DNA of 64,000 bases from an uncultured delta proteobacterium (GTDB taxonomy: Bacteria > Myxococcota > Myxococcia > Myxococcales > Anaeromyxobacteraceae): contig CAWJSR010000039.1 of the NCBI GenBank assembly GCA_963845515.1, forward strand, positions 49,768 through 113,767, in the 5' to 3' direction. Position 1 is the stretch's first letter. Each line of letters begins with the position of its first letter. The position numbers and the translations under genes were made by a program. Below are positions 36,789 through 46,923 of the stretch, piece after piece. Under the pieces are notes generated by a model that saw only the letters and a list, made by a program, of their open reading frames with translations, did not search any database and was not told where the DNA came from.

Positions 36789-38222
36789 CTAGCCCTCCAC
36801 CAGCCGCCGGGGATCCGCGACCATGCCGGAGACGGCCGCAGCCGCAGCGGTCGCCGGGCTCGCGAGGAGCGTCCGCCCGCCAGGCCCCTGGCGCCCCTCG
36901 AAGTTCCGGTTGGACGTCGACACGCAGTACTGGCCGGGCTGCAGCATGTCGCCGTTCATGGCGAGGCACATCGAGCAGCCGGGCTCGCGCCACTCGGCGC
37001 CCGCCTCGCGGAAGATCGCGTCGAGCCCCTCCGCCTCCGCGGCCTTCTTCACCGCGTGGGAGCCGGCGACGACGAGCGTGCGCGTCTTGACCTTCCGGCC
37101 GCGCATCACCTTCGCCGCCTCGCGCAGGTCCTCGATGCGGCCGTTGGTGCAGCTGCCGACGAAGACGACGTCCACCTTCTGGCCGATGATCGGCTTTCCG
37201 GGGGTGAGCGCCATGTAGCGGAGCGCGTTCTCCAGCGTGGCCCGCGCCGACGGATCCTTCTCGGCAGCCGGGTCAGGGACCTTCCCGGTCACCGGGATCC
37301 CCTGGGAAGGGTTGGTGCCGAAGGTGATCATCGGCTCGAGCTTCGAGACGTCGATGGTCACCTCGCGGTCGTACGTCGCGCCTGCGTCGGTCGGGAGCTC
37401 GCGCCACCTGGCGACCGCGGCGTCCCACGCGGCCCCCTTCGGGACCCGCGGCTTGCCGGCGACCCACTGGAAGGTGGTGTCGTCCGGCGCGATCATGCCC
37501 GCGCGGGCGCCGCCCTCGATCGCCATGTTGCAGAGGGTCATGCGCCCCTCCATCGACAGGGCGCGGACCGCGGGGCCGATGAACTCCATCACGTGGCCCG
37601 TGCCGCCGCCGACGCCGATCTGGGCGATGATCGCGAGGATCAGGTCCTTCGCCGTGACGCCGGGCTGGAGCGCCCCGTCGACGCGGATGGCGAGCGACTT
37701 CGGCTTGCGCTGGAGCAGGCACTGGGTCGCGAGGACGTGGCCGACCTCGGAGGTCCCGATGCCGAACGCGAGCGCGCCGAAGGCGCCGTGCGTGGCGGTG
37801 TGGCTGTCCCCGCAGACCACGGTCATGCCGGGCTGGGTCGCGCCCATCTCCGGCCCGAACACGTGGACGACCCCCTGCTGCAGGTCGCCGAGGCCGTGCA
37901 GCTCGACCCCGAACTCCTTGGCGTTCTTCTCGATCTGGGCGACCTGGGCCTCGTTCTGGGCGTCGAAGAAAGGCCAGCGGCCGTCTGGCAGGCGCGGGAG
38001 CGTCGGCGTCGAGTGGTCGGTCGTCGCGAGCGTGCGATCGAGGCGGCGGACCTTCAGCCCGCGCTCGCGGAGCATGGAGAAGGCCTGCGGGCTGGTCACC
38101 TCGTGCATGAGGTGCAGGTCGACGTAGAGGACGGCCGGCGTCTCGGGCGTCTCCGCCCGGACGACGTGCGCGTCCCAGACCTTCTCGAACAGCGTGCGGG
38201 GCTTCTTGGTGGAGTCGGTCAT
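36789..38222 (-). CDS. leuC: 3-isopropylmalate dehydratase large subunit
   Basis: [53 protein letters not shown]. Confidence 0.97.
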   Translation of the reverse strand: MTDSTKKPRTLFEKVWDAHVVRAETPETPAVLYVDLHLMHEVTSPQAFSMLRERGLKVRRLDRTLATTDHSTPTLPRLPDGRWPFFDAQNEAQVAQIEKNAKEFGVELHGLGDLQQGVVHVFGPEMGATQPGMTVVCGDSHTATHGAFGALAFGIGTSEVGHVLATQCLLQRKPKSLAIRVDGALQPGVTAKDLILAIIAQIGVGGGTGHVMEFIGPAVRALSMEGRMTLCNMAIEGGARAGMIAPDDTTFQWVAGKPRVPKGAAWDAAVARWRELPTDAGATYDREVTIDVSKLEPMITFGTNPSQGIPVTGKVPDPAAEKDPSARATLENALRYMALTPGKPIIGQKVDVVFVGSCTNGRIEDLREAAKVMRGRKVKTRTLVVAGSHAVKKAAEAEGLDAIFREAGAEWREPGCSMCLAMNGDMLQPGQYCVSTSNRNFEGRQGPGGRTLLASPATAAAAAVSGMVADPRRLVEG

Positions 38223-38223
38223 C

Positions 38224-39795
38224 TCAGGGGGTCCCCATCTCCTCGCGAGCCTCGCTGGGCGGCGTGGGGCCGCCCTTCAGCGCGATCCGGTTGATGACGT
38301 CGAGGTAGGCGCGGGCGCTCCCCTCGATGATGTCGGTCGAGAGCGCGCGGCCGCGGTAGGTGCCGGTCGCGTGCTCGACCTCCACCGTCACCTCGCCCTG
38401 CGCGTCGTTGCCCGTCGAGACGGCGGTGACCTGGTACTCGCGGAGCTTGACCGCGATGCCGGTGACCTTCGCGATCGCGTTGAAGACCGCGTCCACAGGC
38501 CCGTCGCCCGCCGCCGCCTCCTGCGTCCGCTCACCCGCGGCGCTCCGCAGCGCGATCGACGCGCACGGCAGCGTCCCGGTGCCGGAGGTGGTGGAGAGCG
38601 CCTCCAGCTCCCAGGCGACCTTCCCCTTCCCCAGGATCTCGCCGTGGACGCAGAGCGCCTCGATGTCGGCGTCGTAGATGTCCTTCTTCTTGTCGGCGAG
38701 GATCTTGAAGTCGGCGAAGACGCGGTCGATCTGCGCGTCGGCGAGCTGGTAGCCGAGCGCGATCAGCCGCTCCTTGAGGGCGTGACGCCCGGAGTGCTTG
38801 CCGAGCACCAGCTGGGAGGTGAAGCCGACCTCCTCGGGGCGCATGATCTCGTACGTCTCGCGGTGGGTCAGCATGCCGTGCTGGTGGATGCCGGCCTCGT
38901 GGGCGAAGGCGTTCTGCCCGACGATCGCCTTGTTCCGCTGGACGTGCAGGCCGGTCACCTGCGAGACGAGCCGGCTCGCGGGGTAGAGCCGCTCGGTCTT
39001 GATCCCGGTCGTGACGTTCAGGACGTCCTTGCGCGTCTTGCACGCCATCACGACCTCTTCGAGCGAGGCGTTCCCGGCCCGCTCGCCGATCCCGTTGATG
39101 GTGCACTCCACCTGGCGGGCGCCCGCCATCACGCCGGCCAGCGAGTTGGCGACGGCCAGCCCGAGGTCGTTGTGACAGTGGACCGACAGCACGGCCTTCT
39201 CGATGCCGCGGACGTGCGCCCTGAGGTAGGTGATGACCTCGCCGTAGGTGGACGGGAGCGCGTAGCCGACCGTGTCGGGGACGTTGATGGTCGTCGCCCC
39301 CGCGTCGAGGCCGGCCTGCACCACCTCGGCCAGGAACGGCAGCTCGGTCCGGGCCGAGTCCTCGGCCGTGAACTCGACGTCCTCGAAGAACTGACGCGCG
39401 TACTTCACGCCCTCGATGGAGCGCTTGATGATCTCGTCCTTCGCCATCTTCAGCTTGAAGTCGCGGTGGATCGGCGACGTGGCGAGGAAGACGTGGCAGC
39501 GTCGGCGGGGCGCGTCCTTGAGCGCCTCCCAGGCGGCGTCGATGTCACCCTTGTGACAGCGGGCGAGGCTGCAGACGATGGGACCGGGGACCTGCCGCGC
39601 GACCTCGCGGATCGCCTCGAGGTCGCCGGGGCTGGCGGCCGCGAAGCCGGCCTCGATGACGTCGACCCCGAGATCGGCCAGCGCGTGCGCGACCTGGATC
39701 TTCTGAGGGACGGTCATCGACGCGCCGGGCGACTGCTCGCCGTCACGGAGGGTCGTATCGAAGATGATGACGCGGGAGGCGGAAGCGTCGCTCAC
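38224..39795 (-). CDS. leuA: 2-isopropylmalate synthase (start uncertain: GTG 39795 or ATG 39861)
   Basis: [40 protein letters not shown]-terminal GDGPVDA regulatory domain. Confidence 0.95.
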   Translation of the reverse strand: MSDASASRVIIFDTTLRDGEQSPGASMTVPQKIQVAHALADLGVDVIEAGFAAASPGDLEAIREVARQVPGPIVCSLARCHKGDIDAAWEALKDAPRRRCHVFLATSPIHRDFKLKMAKDEIIKRSIEGVKYARQFFEDVEFTAEDSARTELPFLAEVVQAGLDAGATTINVPDTVGYALPSTYGEVITYLRAHVRGIEKAVLSVHCHNDLGLAVANSLAGVMAGARQVECTINGIGERAGNASLEEVVMACKTRKDVLNVTTGIKTERLYPASRLVSQVTGLHVQRNKAIVGQNAFAHEAGIHQHGMLTHRETYEIMRPEEVGFTSQLVLGKHSGRHALKERLIALGYQLADAQIDRVFADFKILADKKKDIYDADIEALCVHGEILGKGKVAWELEALSTTSGTGTLPCASIALRSAAGERTQEAAAGDGPVDAVFNAIAKVTGIAVKLREYQVTAVSTGNDAQGEVTVEVEHATGTYRGRALSTDIIEGSARAYLDVINRIALKGGPTPPSEAREEMGTP

Positions 39796-39957
39796 GGTGC
39801 CTTGCCCTTTCGTGCCAACTGCTCCTGCTGCTGGGGGGGTGATCGGTTCGGGTCTCGACATGACGATCGGCTCCATGATGAGGGGGGCCGAGGAGTCGTC
39901 TCTGTCTGGAGAGCACACCTCTTCGGCCGGGGAAGGCGGAAGAGGTCTCGGCGGCAG

Positions 39958-40026
39958 CTAACCCGGCCGGGATACCTCTCCCGCCAGGCTAAGAAGTCGT
40001 ACTACTTGGCTGCTCGCAAACGACAT
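39958..40026 (-). CDS. Putative leu-ilv operon leader peptide MSFASSQVVRLLSLAGEVSRPG (22 aa)
   Basis: ATG 9 nt after a -10 box; GTA GTA CGA CTT CTT AGC CTG codon cluster; overlaps a 12-bp alternative helix. Confidence 0.72.
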   Translation of the reverse strand: MSFASSQVVRLLSLAGEVSRPG

Positions 40027-40035
40027 GGAGGTGCA

Positions 40036-40064
40036 AAGTTAGCGGGCTGTGGGCCGTGGGTCAA
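40036..40064 (-). promoter_or_regulatory. sigma70 promoter of the leu-ilv operon
   Basis: TTGACC-N17-TAACTT. Confidence 0.7.
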
Positions 40065-40088
40065 GCGCCGTCCGCTGATGTCCTCGGC

Positions 40089-40784
40089 TCAAGCTTCCTT
40101 CGTCCACACCCCGAGAACCGACTTGCCGAGCCGGAACCCGGTCAGGACGTCGAGGGCGGTCGAGATCGGAACGAGCACGCGATCCCAGAACAACACCTGC
40201 CCGCGACTGGGTGAGCCGCTCCTCAAGAAGAGGCGATTGCCCGCCGAAGCCAGCAAGCCCGCGCTGTCCAGGTATCGGACCGACTCCTCCCGACACCTCG
40301 GAGGGGCCACGGCGCGCAGCGACGCGCGCGTATAGCGGCGATGGTGACCGATCACCCGGTCGAACTCGGTGTAGAGGGACGGATGCGCGGGCGCCAGGAC
40401 CGCGAGCGCGCCGCCTGGATTGAGGCGCTCGGCGGCGCGGCGCAGCTCTGCGGCGTCGTCGACGATGTGTTCGATGACGTCCAGGTAGAGGATGGCATCG
40501 AAGCGCCGATCCCGTGGCAGCTCCTCCAGCGTGCCAACCCGTACTTCGCACCGCGCCATCGGTCCGTCGCGAGGGATGCGCTTCGCGAGCTCGGGATCGG
40601 GCTCGAGACACGTCCAACGCGCCACGCGCTCGTCGATGAGCGCTCGACACGTCGCCCCGATTCCGGCGCCGACCTCCAGGACTTCCCCCCGAAGGACGGG
40701 CCGCAATTTCGCACGCACGTACGCCTTCCAGTGCGTCGCGAGCGCGAAGACATCCAGCTCGCATCCCTGGTAACTCTGCGCCAT
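40089..40784 (-). CDS. Class I SAM-dependent methyltransferase
   Basis: VLEVGAGIG, FDAILYLDVIEHI, L.PGG, D..IGHHRRY; ATG 40784 right after the glycosyltransferase stop. Confidence 0.85.
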   Translation of the reverse strand: MAQSYQGCELDVFALATHWKAYVRAKLRPVLRGEVLEVGAGIGATCRALIDERVARWTCLEPDPELAKRIPRDGPMARCEVRVGTLEELPRDRRFDAILYLDVIEHIVDDAAELRRAAERLNPGGALAVLAPAHPSLYTEFDRVIGHHRRYTRASLRAVAPPRCREESVRYLDSAGLLASAGNRLFLRSGSPSRGQVLFWDRVLVPISTALDVLTGFRLGKSVLGVWTKEA

Positions 40785-40786
40785 CG

Positions 40787-41758
40787 CTAAGGCGGCCAGA
40801 CCCGATGGACCGCTTCGATGAAGATCGGACAGTCTCGCACGGGGATCACGGTCTGCATGGAGCGCCCGGCCACCAGCGACAGCGAGAACACCGTGGCTGC
40901 CAGCAGCGCCTGAATTAGAAGGACGGCGAGCAGCCCTGCAGCCGTCGTCGCCCAACCCGGGACCGCCAGCTCGCTCCCGAACCGGAGCGTGACGACCAGA
41001 ACGACTCCGAACACGGCGAAGGCCGCGAGGCCCATCGTGGCCATGAGGAGCCGAACGGCGACGGTGTGACCAAAGACGGCCATCGCGCTGAGGCCGTGGA
41101 TCACCAGCGACGCGAAGCTCATCCTGGAGTCACCGGCGAACCGCTTCGACCTGTCGAGGGGCATCGTGGTCATGGGGCACCTCGACCCGACCACCGCGGC
41201 CGCGTAGTGGTTCCACAGCTCCGTGGAGCGGATCAAGCGGTGCACGGTCCGCATCGGCAGCACGCTGAAGTTCCCGATCCGCACGTCCGTTCCGACCAGG
41301 AGTCGATGGGCGACCCGGTAGAGCCTGTAGAAGAAGCGGAACACGGGCCCCTCCGCGCGCCGCGCGCGAGCCGCGAAGACCGCCGTCCCCCCGCCGGCTT
41401 CGGAGAGACGAGCCAGCATCAGCGGGACGTGATCCGGGTTGTCTTCCCCGTCGCCGTCCATCACGACCACCGGCCCCTCGATCCCCACCGAAGCCAGGTG
41501 GACGAGGCCAGTGCAGATTGCACGTTGGTGACCCAGGTTGGAGAACAGGCCGAGCACCTCGACCTTCGCCAGCGCCGAGTACGGCCGCTGCGCGAACCCG
41601 ACGGGCATCGCCGTCGACGACCCGTCGTTCACGAGCAGCACCGACGGCCGGAGGCCGGCGGCGCCACAGGCTTCGTCCAGCCCGAGGAGCAGGCACTCCG
41701 CGGCCTCCCAGTCATTGAAGACGGGAACGAGGATCGTGAGCGGCGGGTCCGTGATCAT
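40787..41758 (-). CDS. Family 2 glycosyltransferase (DPM/GtrB-like, two C-terminal TM helices)
   Basis: ILVPVFN, VNDGS, NLGHQRAI..GL, MDGDGED.P. Confidence 0.87.
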   Translation of the reverse strand: MITDPPLTILVPVFNDWEAAECLLLGLDEACGAAGLRPSVLLVNDGSSTAMPVGFAQRPYSALAKVEVLGLFSNLGHQRAICTGLVHLASVGIEGPVVVMDGDGEDNPDHVPLMLARLSEAGGGTAVFAARARRAEGPVFRFFYRLYRVAHRLLVGTDVRIGNFSVLPMRTVHRLIRSTELWNHYAAAVVGSRCPMTTMPLDRSKRFAGDSRMSFASLVIHGLSAMAVFGHTVAVRLLMATMGLAAFAVFGVVLVVTLRFGSELAVPGWATTAAGLLAVLLIQALLAATVFSLSLVAGRSMQTVIPVRDCPIFIEAVHRVWPP

Positions 41759-41818
41759 CCTGGCGTCAGCAGAGGTCGGGATCGATCCGTCGGCGAGCCG
41801 CTCGGATCGGCATTGGCT

Positions 41819-43780
41819 CTAGTACGGCGGCGCTGCCTCGCGCTTCAGCAACTCCACGAACGCGTCGAGCCCCATCGTCTTCAGGTCCTCGCCGCCGTGC
41901 CGGCGGGGCGAGAGCCCCTTCGCCTCCACCTCCTTCTCGCCCACGACGAGCGTGAATGGGATCTTCGCGAGCTGGGCGTTCCGGATCTTGGCGCCCAGCT
42001 TGTCGTTGGAGTGGTCCAGCTCCACCCGGTAACCCTCCCCCGCCAGCCGCACCTGCACCTGGCGCGCCCAGTCGTCGAAGCGCTCCGAGACCGTCACGAC
42101 CCGGGCCTGCACCGGCGCAAGCCACGCCGGGTAGGCGCCGGCGTAGTGCTCGGTGAGGATGGCGATGAACCGCTCGAAGGAGCCGTAGACGGCCCGGTGG
42201 ATCACGACCGGCCGGTGGACGTGGTTGTCGTCGCCGACGTAGGTCATGTCGAACCGCTCGGGGGCGGCGTAGTCGAGCTGGATGGTGCAGGTCTGCCACT
42301 GCCGGCCGAGGGAGTCGGTCACGACGAAGTCGATCTTGGGACCGTAGAAGGCGCCGTCGCCGGGGTTGAGCTCCCAGGGGAGCCCCAGCTTGTCGAGCGC
42401 GCTCTTGAGCGCCCCCTCCGCCTTGTCCCAGAGCGCGTCGTCGCCGATCCGATCCTTCGGGTCGGCGGGGCGCGTCGAGAGCCGGAGCGAGAACTCGAGG
42501 CCGAAGGCGCCGTACACGATCTTCATGAGGCCGACGATCCGGTCGACCTCCTCGGGGATCTGCGACTCCATCAGGAAGATGTGCGAGTCGTCCTGGCAGA
42601 ACTGCCGGACCCGGGTGAGGCCGCCCAGCGAGCCCGAGAGCTCGTTGCGGTGGAGCACGTCGACCGTGAAGTAGCGGAGCGGGAGCTCGCGGTAGCTGTG
42701 CCGCGCCATGTTGTACATGAGGTAGTGCGACGGGCAGTTCATCGGCTTCACCGCCATCGTGAGCCGCTCCTCGATCGGGAGCTGCTCGTCGGTCTCCCGG
42801 TCGAGCACCTTGAACATGTTGTCGGCGTAGACGCCCCAGTGGCCGCTCTGCTCCCAGAGCTTCTTGTTGAAGAGGAGCGGCGTCTTCACCTCGAGGTAGC
42901 CGTTCTTCGTCACGAGCCGGCGCATCGAGTCGGCGAGCGTGTTGTAGAGGGTCGTGCCGTTGGGCAGCCAGAAGGCCGAGCCCGGGGCCCACTCGTGGAA
43001 GGCGAAGAGGCCGAGCGCGGGGCCGAGCTTCCGGTGGTCGCGCTTCTTCACCTCCTCCAGCTTCGCGAGGTGCTCGTCGAGCGCCTTCTTGTCGAAGAAG
43101 GCGGTGCCGTAGATCCGCTGTAGCATCGCGTTGCGTGAGTCGCCGCGCCAGTAGGCGCCGGCCACGCTCAGGAGCTTCACGACGCCGATGCGCCCGGTCG
43201 ACGGGCCGTGCGGCCCGAGGCAGAAGTCGACCCAGTCACCGTGCCTGTAGAGGGTGAGCGTCTTCGCCCCCTTCGCGACGATGTCGTGGATGATCTCGAC
43301 CTTGTACTTCTCGCCGAGCCCCTCGAAGAGCTTCAGCGCCTCGTCGGCCGAGACCTCCGACCGGACGAACGGCAGGTCGGCCTTGATCGCCTCGTTGGTC
43401 GCCTTCTCGATCTTCTCGAGATCCTCCGGGGTGAACGGGGTCTCGCGCGCGAAGTCGTAATAGAAGCCGTCCTCCACCGAGGGGCCGATGGTGACCTGCG
43501 TCCCCGGGTAGAGCTTCTGGACGACGCTCGCCATGACGTGGGCGGCGTCGTGGCGCGCCACCTCCAGCGCCTCGGGGCTCTTCGTGGTGTGGACCTCGAG
43601 CTTCACGTCGCGGTCGAGCACCGCCGAGAGATCGACGGGCGTTCCGTCGAGCTTCGCGAAGACCGCGGCCTTGGCGAGGCCTGCGCCGATCTTCTCCTTC
43701 ACGAAGTCGCCGACGCGCGTCCCGCGGGCGGCCTCCTTCTGGCTGCCGTCGGGGAGGGTCACCTTGACGAGATCTGACAT
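41819..43780 (-). CDS. thrS: Threonine-tRNA ligase
   Basis: TGS domain, [47 protein letters not shown]. Confidence 0.98.
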   Translation of the reverse strand: MSDLVKVTLPDGSQKEAARGTRVGDFVKEKIGAGLAKAAVFAKLDGTPVDLSAVLDRDVKLEVHTTKSPEALEVARHDAAHVMASVVQKLYPGTQVTIGPSVEDGFYYDFARETPFTPEDLEKIEKATNEAIKADLPFVRSEVSADEALKLFEGLGEKYKVEIIHDIVAKGAKTLTLYRHGDWVDFCLGPHGPSTGRIGVVKLLSVAGAYWRGDSRNAMLQRIYGTAFFDKKALDEHLAKLEEVKKRDHRKLGPALGLFAFHEWAPGSAFWLPNGTTLYNTLADSMRRLVTKNGYLEVKTPLLFNKKLWEQSGHWGVYADNMFKVLDRETDEQLPIEERLTMAVKPMNCPSHYLMYNMARHSYRELPLRYFTVDVLHRNELSGSLGGLTRVRQFCQDDSHIFLMESQIPEEVDRIVGLMKIVYGAFGLEFSLRLSTRPADPKDRIGDDALWDKAEGALKSALDKLGLPWELNPGDGAFYGPKIDFVVTDSLGRQWQTCTIQLDYAAPERFDMTYVGDDNHVHRPVVIHRAVYGSFERFIAILTEHYAGAYPAWLAPVQARVVTVSERFDDWARQVQVRLAGEGYRVELDHSNDKLGAKIRNAQLAKIPFTLVVGEKEVEAKGLSPRRHGGEDLKTMGLDAFVELLKREAAPPY

Positions 43781-43802
43781 GGCGGTTTGGTACCCCTTGG
43801 GA

Positions 43803-43843
43803 AAAGAATTGAAAAGGGGCTCTCCGTTTCCAGAGAACCCCTT
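43803..43843 (-). terminator. Intrinsic terminator-like hairpin after tRNA-Val
   Basis: AAGGGGTTCTCTG-GAAA-CGGAGAGCCCCTT followed by TTCAATTCTTTT. Confidence 0.75.
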
Positions 43844-43858
43844 GTGATTCCAGCTATG

Positions 43859-43930
<72 letters not shown>

Positions 43931-43951
43931 GTTTGACGAAAACGAGGCGCG

Positions 43952-43981
43952 TTTATAGAGCGCGCCCGTGGGTTGAGTCAA
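43952..43981 (-). promoter_or_regulatory. Probable sigma70 promoter of tRNA-Val
   Basis: TTGACT-N18-TATAAA followed by GC-rich CGCGCC. Confidence 0.55.
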
Positions 43982-43996
43982 CGTCCTTTGCTCAGT

Positions 43997-44034
43997 CCCC
44001 TCTCCCTCAGCGAGGGAGAAGGTCAGGGTGAGGG
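43997..44034. repeat. REP-like intergenic palindromic element
   Basis: CCCCTCTCCCTC-agc-GAGGGAGAAGG-TCAGGGTGAGGG, resembling the widespread CCCTCTCCC..GGGAGAGGG..GGGTGAGGG repeat type. Confidence 0.6.
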
Positions 44035-44040
44035 AGCGCC

Positions 44041-44850
44041 CTAGGGCGCCTCGTCCCGCTGCCGGTTCCAGTCTTCCCACTCGTCCTGCCCCTCGCCCGC
44101 GATGGCGAAGGTCGCGGGCTCGGTGGCGGTGCCGTCGGCGGCCACCTTCACGGTCATCATCGCGGTCACGATCTTCTCCCACTGCTCCTTCGTGACCTGC
44201 TTCGGGGCGGCGATCTGCTTGCGGACCTTCTTCTTCGGGTCGGCGGGCTTCGCCTCCGTCCCGGCGGCGGCCACCTGGTCGGGCGCGTCGGTGCGGACGG
44301 GCTCGACGTCGGCGTCCAGGCCGTGCGTCGGGCGCGGGATGCGGCCGCCGGCGACGGCGACCGTGCCGTTGTAGACCTTGACGACGACCGAGCGGTCCTG
44401 GGCGGCGTCGACCCGGAAGGTCGTGCCGCGCACGCCAGCCACGGCGTTCTCGGTCTTCACCTCGAACCGCGACTCGCCGCCGACCGTCTTGGCGACCTTC
44501 GCCCAGACGTTGCCGACCTGGAGCCTGGCCGAGACCTGCCGGTCCTCGACGCTGCGTCCGAAGGAGGCGGCGGAGAGGTCCACGCGCGCTGTGGGGCCGA
44601 GCCGGAGCACGCTCTGGTCGGCCAGCTTGAGCTCGAGCCGCGTGCGCTTCTGCGTCTCGATGACGTCCCCGGCGAAGACCGGGGAGCCGACGGCCAGCGC
44701 CGTCGGCTTGCCGCCGACGATCCGCTGGGCCTGGCCGGCGAGGAAGGTCACGGAGCCGGCCGGAGCCGGCGCCGCGGCCGCGGTGGCGGTCGCCGCGGCC
44801 AACGCGAGGAAGGCACCGGCGATTGCGACGAACGTCAGGCGGGAGCGCAT
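44041..44850 (-). CDS. Exported FecR-domain protein
   Basis: Signal peptide; GDVIET...D.SVLRLGP, FEVKT.NAVAGVRGT.F.V, V.V..G.VAV. Confidence 0.82.
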   Translation of the reverse strand: MRSRLTFVAIAGAFLALAAATATAAAAPAPAGSVTFLAGQAQRIVGGKPTALAVGSPVFAGDVIETQKRTRLELKLADQSVLRLGPTARVDLSAASFGRSVEDRQVSARLQVGNVWAKVAKTVGGESRFEVKTENAVAGVRGTTFRVDAAQDRSVVVKVYNGTVAVAGGRIPRPTHGLDADVEPVRTDAPDQVAAAGTEAKPADPKKKVRKQIAAPKQVTKEQWEKIVTAMMTVKVAADGTATEPATFAIAGEGQDEWEDWNRQRDEAP

Positions 44851-44852
44851 GG

Positions 44853-46013
44853 CTACTTTATCTCCACCTCAACCGTGCCCTGCGTGACCTTCTTGACCTT
44901 GACCGTGAAGCCCGCGAGCTTCCTGCCGGAGAGCTCGGTCGCGAACGCCGCGGCCGTCCCGGTCAGCGTCACCTCCAGCTCGGCCTTCCCGTCGTCCATG
45001 TTCCGCAGCTCCACGCCCTTCACGCCCTTGACGCCGTTGACGAGCGCGGTCTGGAAGGCTGAGACCTTCCCGAAGTCGTCAGTCCCCTTCACCACCATCT
45101 CGACCGAGCGGGTCCCGGACTGCTTGCCCGCCCAGACCTTGCCGATCTTGGCGAAGAGATCGCCGGCGAGCTGGCGCCCTCCCTCGGAGAGCGCGTTGCG
45201 CCCGGCGGTGGTCTGCTCGAACCCCTTGCCGGCCTTGCCGGTGAACTCCGCCGACGCGAGGACGCGCCCCGTGGCGGTCTCGACCGCGCGGGCGGAGATG
45301 TTGGCGACGGCCGAGTAGAAGGTGCCGTTGTCGAGCGCGATGGTGCCGAGCGGCTTCGCGATGGCGCGGCCGACGATGACGATCTCGGCCCTGGCGATCT
45401 GGCCGATCTCGCGCGCCTGCTGCGCGTTCGGATCCGCCCCGACCACCTCGAGCTTGATCTTGCCCGCGAGCACCTCGGGGTCGACGAAGGTGAAGCCGGA
45501 CTTCGACATCCGGTCCATGAAGGAGTTCTCCATGACGCGCAGGTCGGCGGCGTTGCCGCCCCCCTGCCACCAGCCGGAGGCCTCCGTCGCGTTGATCGCC
45601 TGCTCGGCGATCATGACCATGATCCGCGGCATCCCCTCGCGCCGGTACGCGATGCCGAAGGCCATCAGGTCCTCGTCGAGCTTCCCCTCCGAGACCTCGC
45701 AGCGGGCCTTGATCGTCCAGACGTTGCCCTCCTGCTTCTCCTGGAGGACGTCGAACTTCCGGATGTAGCCCTGCGAGTGCGAGTAGATCTTGTCGGAGAG
45801 GAGCTGCGCCTGGTCCGTCTCGGTCGCGGCGGTGACGACCGTCGTCGCGACCTGCTGGACGCAGTTGCGCATGGCGTCGTCCTTCGCCGCCGCCTTCGCG
45901 GCGAGCACGTCGCCCACGATGGCCGCCTCACCGGTGGCCTCGGTGACCTTGGTCTCTTCCGCCGCGGCGGGCGCGGCGAGCGCGAGCAGCGCGATGGCGA
46001 TGATGGGCTTCAT
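44853..46013 (-). CDS. Exported protein with FlgT-N-like and CsgG/HfaB-like domains
   Basis: Signal peptide; EATGEAAI...AKDDAMRN.V, GYIRKFDVL, PRIMVMIAEQ, RAVETATGRVLA. Confidence 0.6.
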   Translation of the reverse strand: MKPIIAIALLALAAPAAAEETKVTEATGEAAIVGDVLAAKAAAKDDAMRNCVQQVATTVVTAATETDQAQLLSDKIYSHSQGYIRKFDVLQEKQEGNVWTIKARCEVSEGKLDEDLMAFGIAYRREGMPRIMVMIAEQAINATEASGWWQGGGNAADLRVMENSFMDRMSKSGFTFVDPEVLAGKIKLEVVGADPNAQQAREIGQIARAEIVIVGRAIAKPLGTIALDNGTFYSAVANISARAVETATGRVLASAEFTGKAGKGFEQTTAGRNALSEGGRQLAGDLFAKIGKVWAGKQSGTRSVEMVVKGTDDFGKVSAFQTALVNGVKGVKGVELRNMDDGKAELEVTLTGTAAAFATELSGRKLAGFTVKVKKVTQGTVEVEIK

Positions 46014-46025
46014 GTTCCGTTCCCC

Positions 46026-46796
46026 TTAATCAGTGAGGATGAGGACACGTCCCTCGGCCAGGAAGCCGAGGTTCTTGCCCTTGAGCGCCGCCGCGTCGGC
46101 GACCGAGATGACGAGGTCGGCGCCGTCGGCGCCGACCGCGCGCACGGTGACCGGCTTGTCGCCGATCCTTGCCGGCTGGTCCTTCTTCGCCGCCTCGAGG
46201 CTCCTGGCGTAGAGCGCGCCGCCGCCGAGCTTGCGCGCGGCCTCGCTCAGCATCGTGGGGCCGAAGAGCTCCGCGCCGGACTCGTCGATGACGCGCGGCG
46301 CGAGCGCCTTCAGCACCTTCCTGCCGCGCGCGTCGACGACGAGGCACGTGCCGGCAGGCTCGCCCGCAGCGGGCGCCGCCTTGCCCTCTCCCTTCGGGAG
46401 CAGCGCGTCGGAGAGCACGCCAGCCATCGGGACCTCGACGTCCAGCTCGACGCCGCCGTCCTCGAAGTAGCGCTTGTCCACGACCTTGTAGCCCTTGACG
46501 ATCCCCTGGACCTTGCCGGAGAGCGCCTTGTCGGCGTCGAGCGCGCTCCCGACCGTCTGCCCCTGCTGGATGGTGACGCCCTTGATCGTCTCCATGCAGT
46601 TGCGGACCGCGTCGAGCTTGGCGGCCTTCTCGGCGCCGATGCGCGCGACCGCCGGGTTGCCCTGGGCGTCGCGCAGGTTGGCGGCGCCCGAGCCGGTGCA
46701 CTTCACGACCTTCTTCTCCCAGTCGACGGCGCCAGCCTCGGCGTGCGCGAAGACCGGCAGCGCGGCTGCGAGAGCGATGGCGAACGCGAATCTCAT
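46026..46796 (-). CDS. Exported LPP20-like protein
   Basis: Signal peptide MRFAFAIALAAALPVFAHA; VDWE...TGSG, ARIGAE.AAKLDA.RN, LVVDARG...AL.PRV.DE.G. Confidence 0.62.
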   Translation of the reverse strand: MRFAFAIALAAALPVFAHAEAGAVDWEKKVVKCTGSGAANLRDAQGNPAVARIGAEKAAKLDAVRNCMETIKGVTIQQGQTVGSALDADKALSGKVQGIVKGYKVVDKRYFEDGGVELDVEVPMAGVLSDALLPKGEGKAAPAAGEPAGTCLVVDARGRKVLKALAPRVIDESGAELFGPTMLSEAARKLGGGALYARSLEAAKKDQPARIGDKPVTVRAVGADGADLVISVADAAALKGKNLGFLAEGRVLILTD

Positions 46797-46923
46797 TGGG
46801 CTCCCTCCACGGCGGAACACGGCTCGGGTTGATGACTCCCCGACGGACCGGCAAATTCTAGCACCCGGCGATTGGCAGGTTAGCAAATGATTTCGCGGAT
46901 TTGCTGTGACCGGGGTCACTCCC

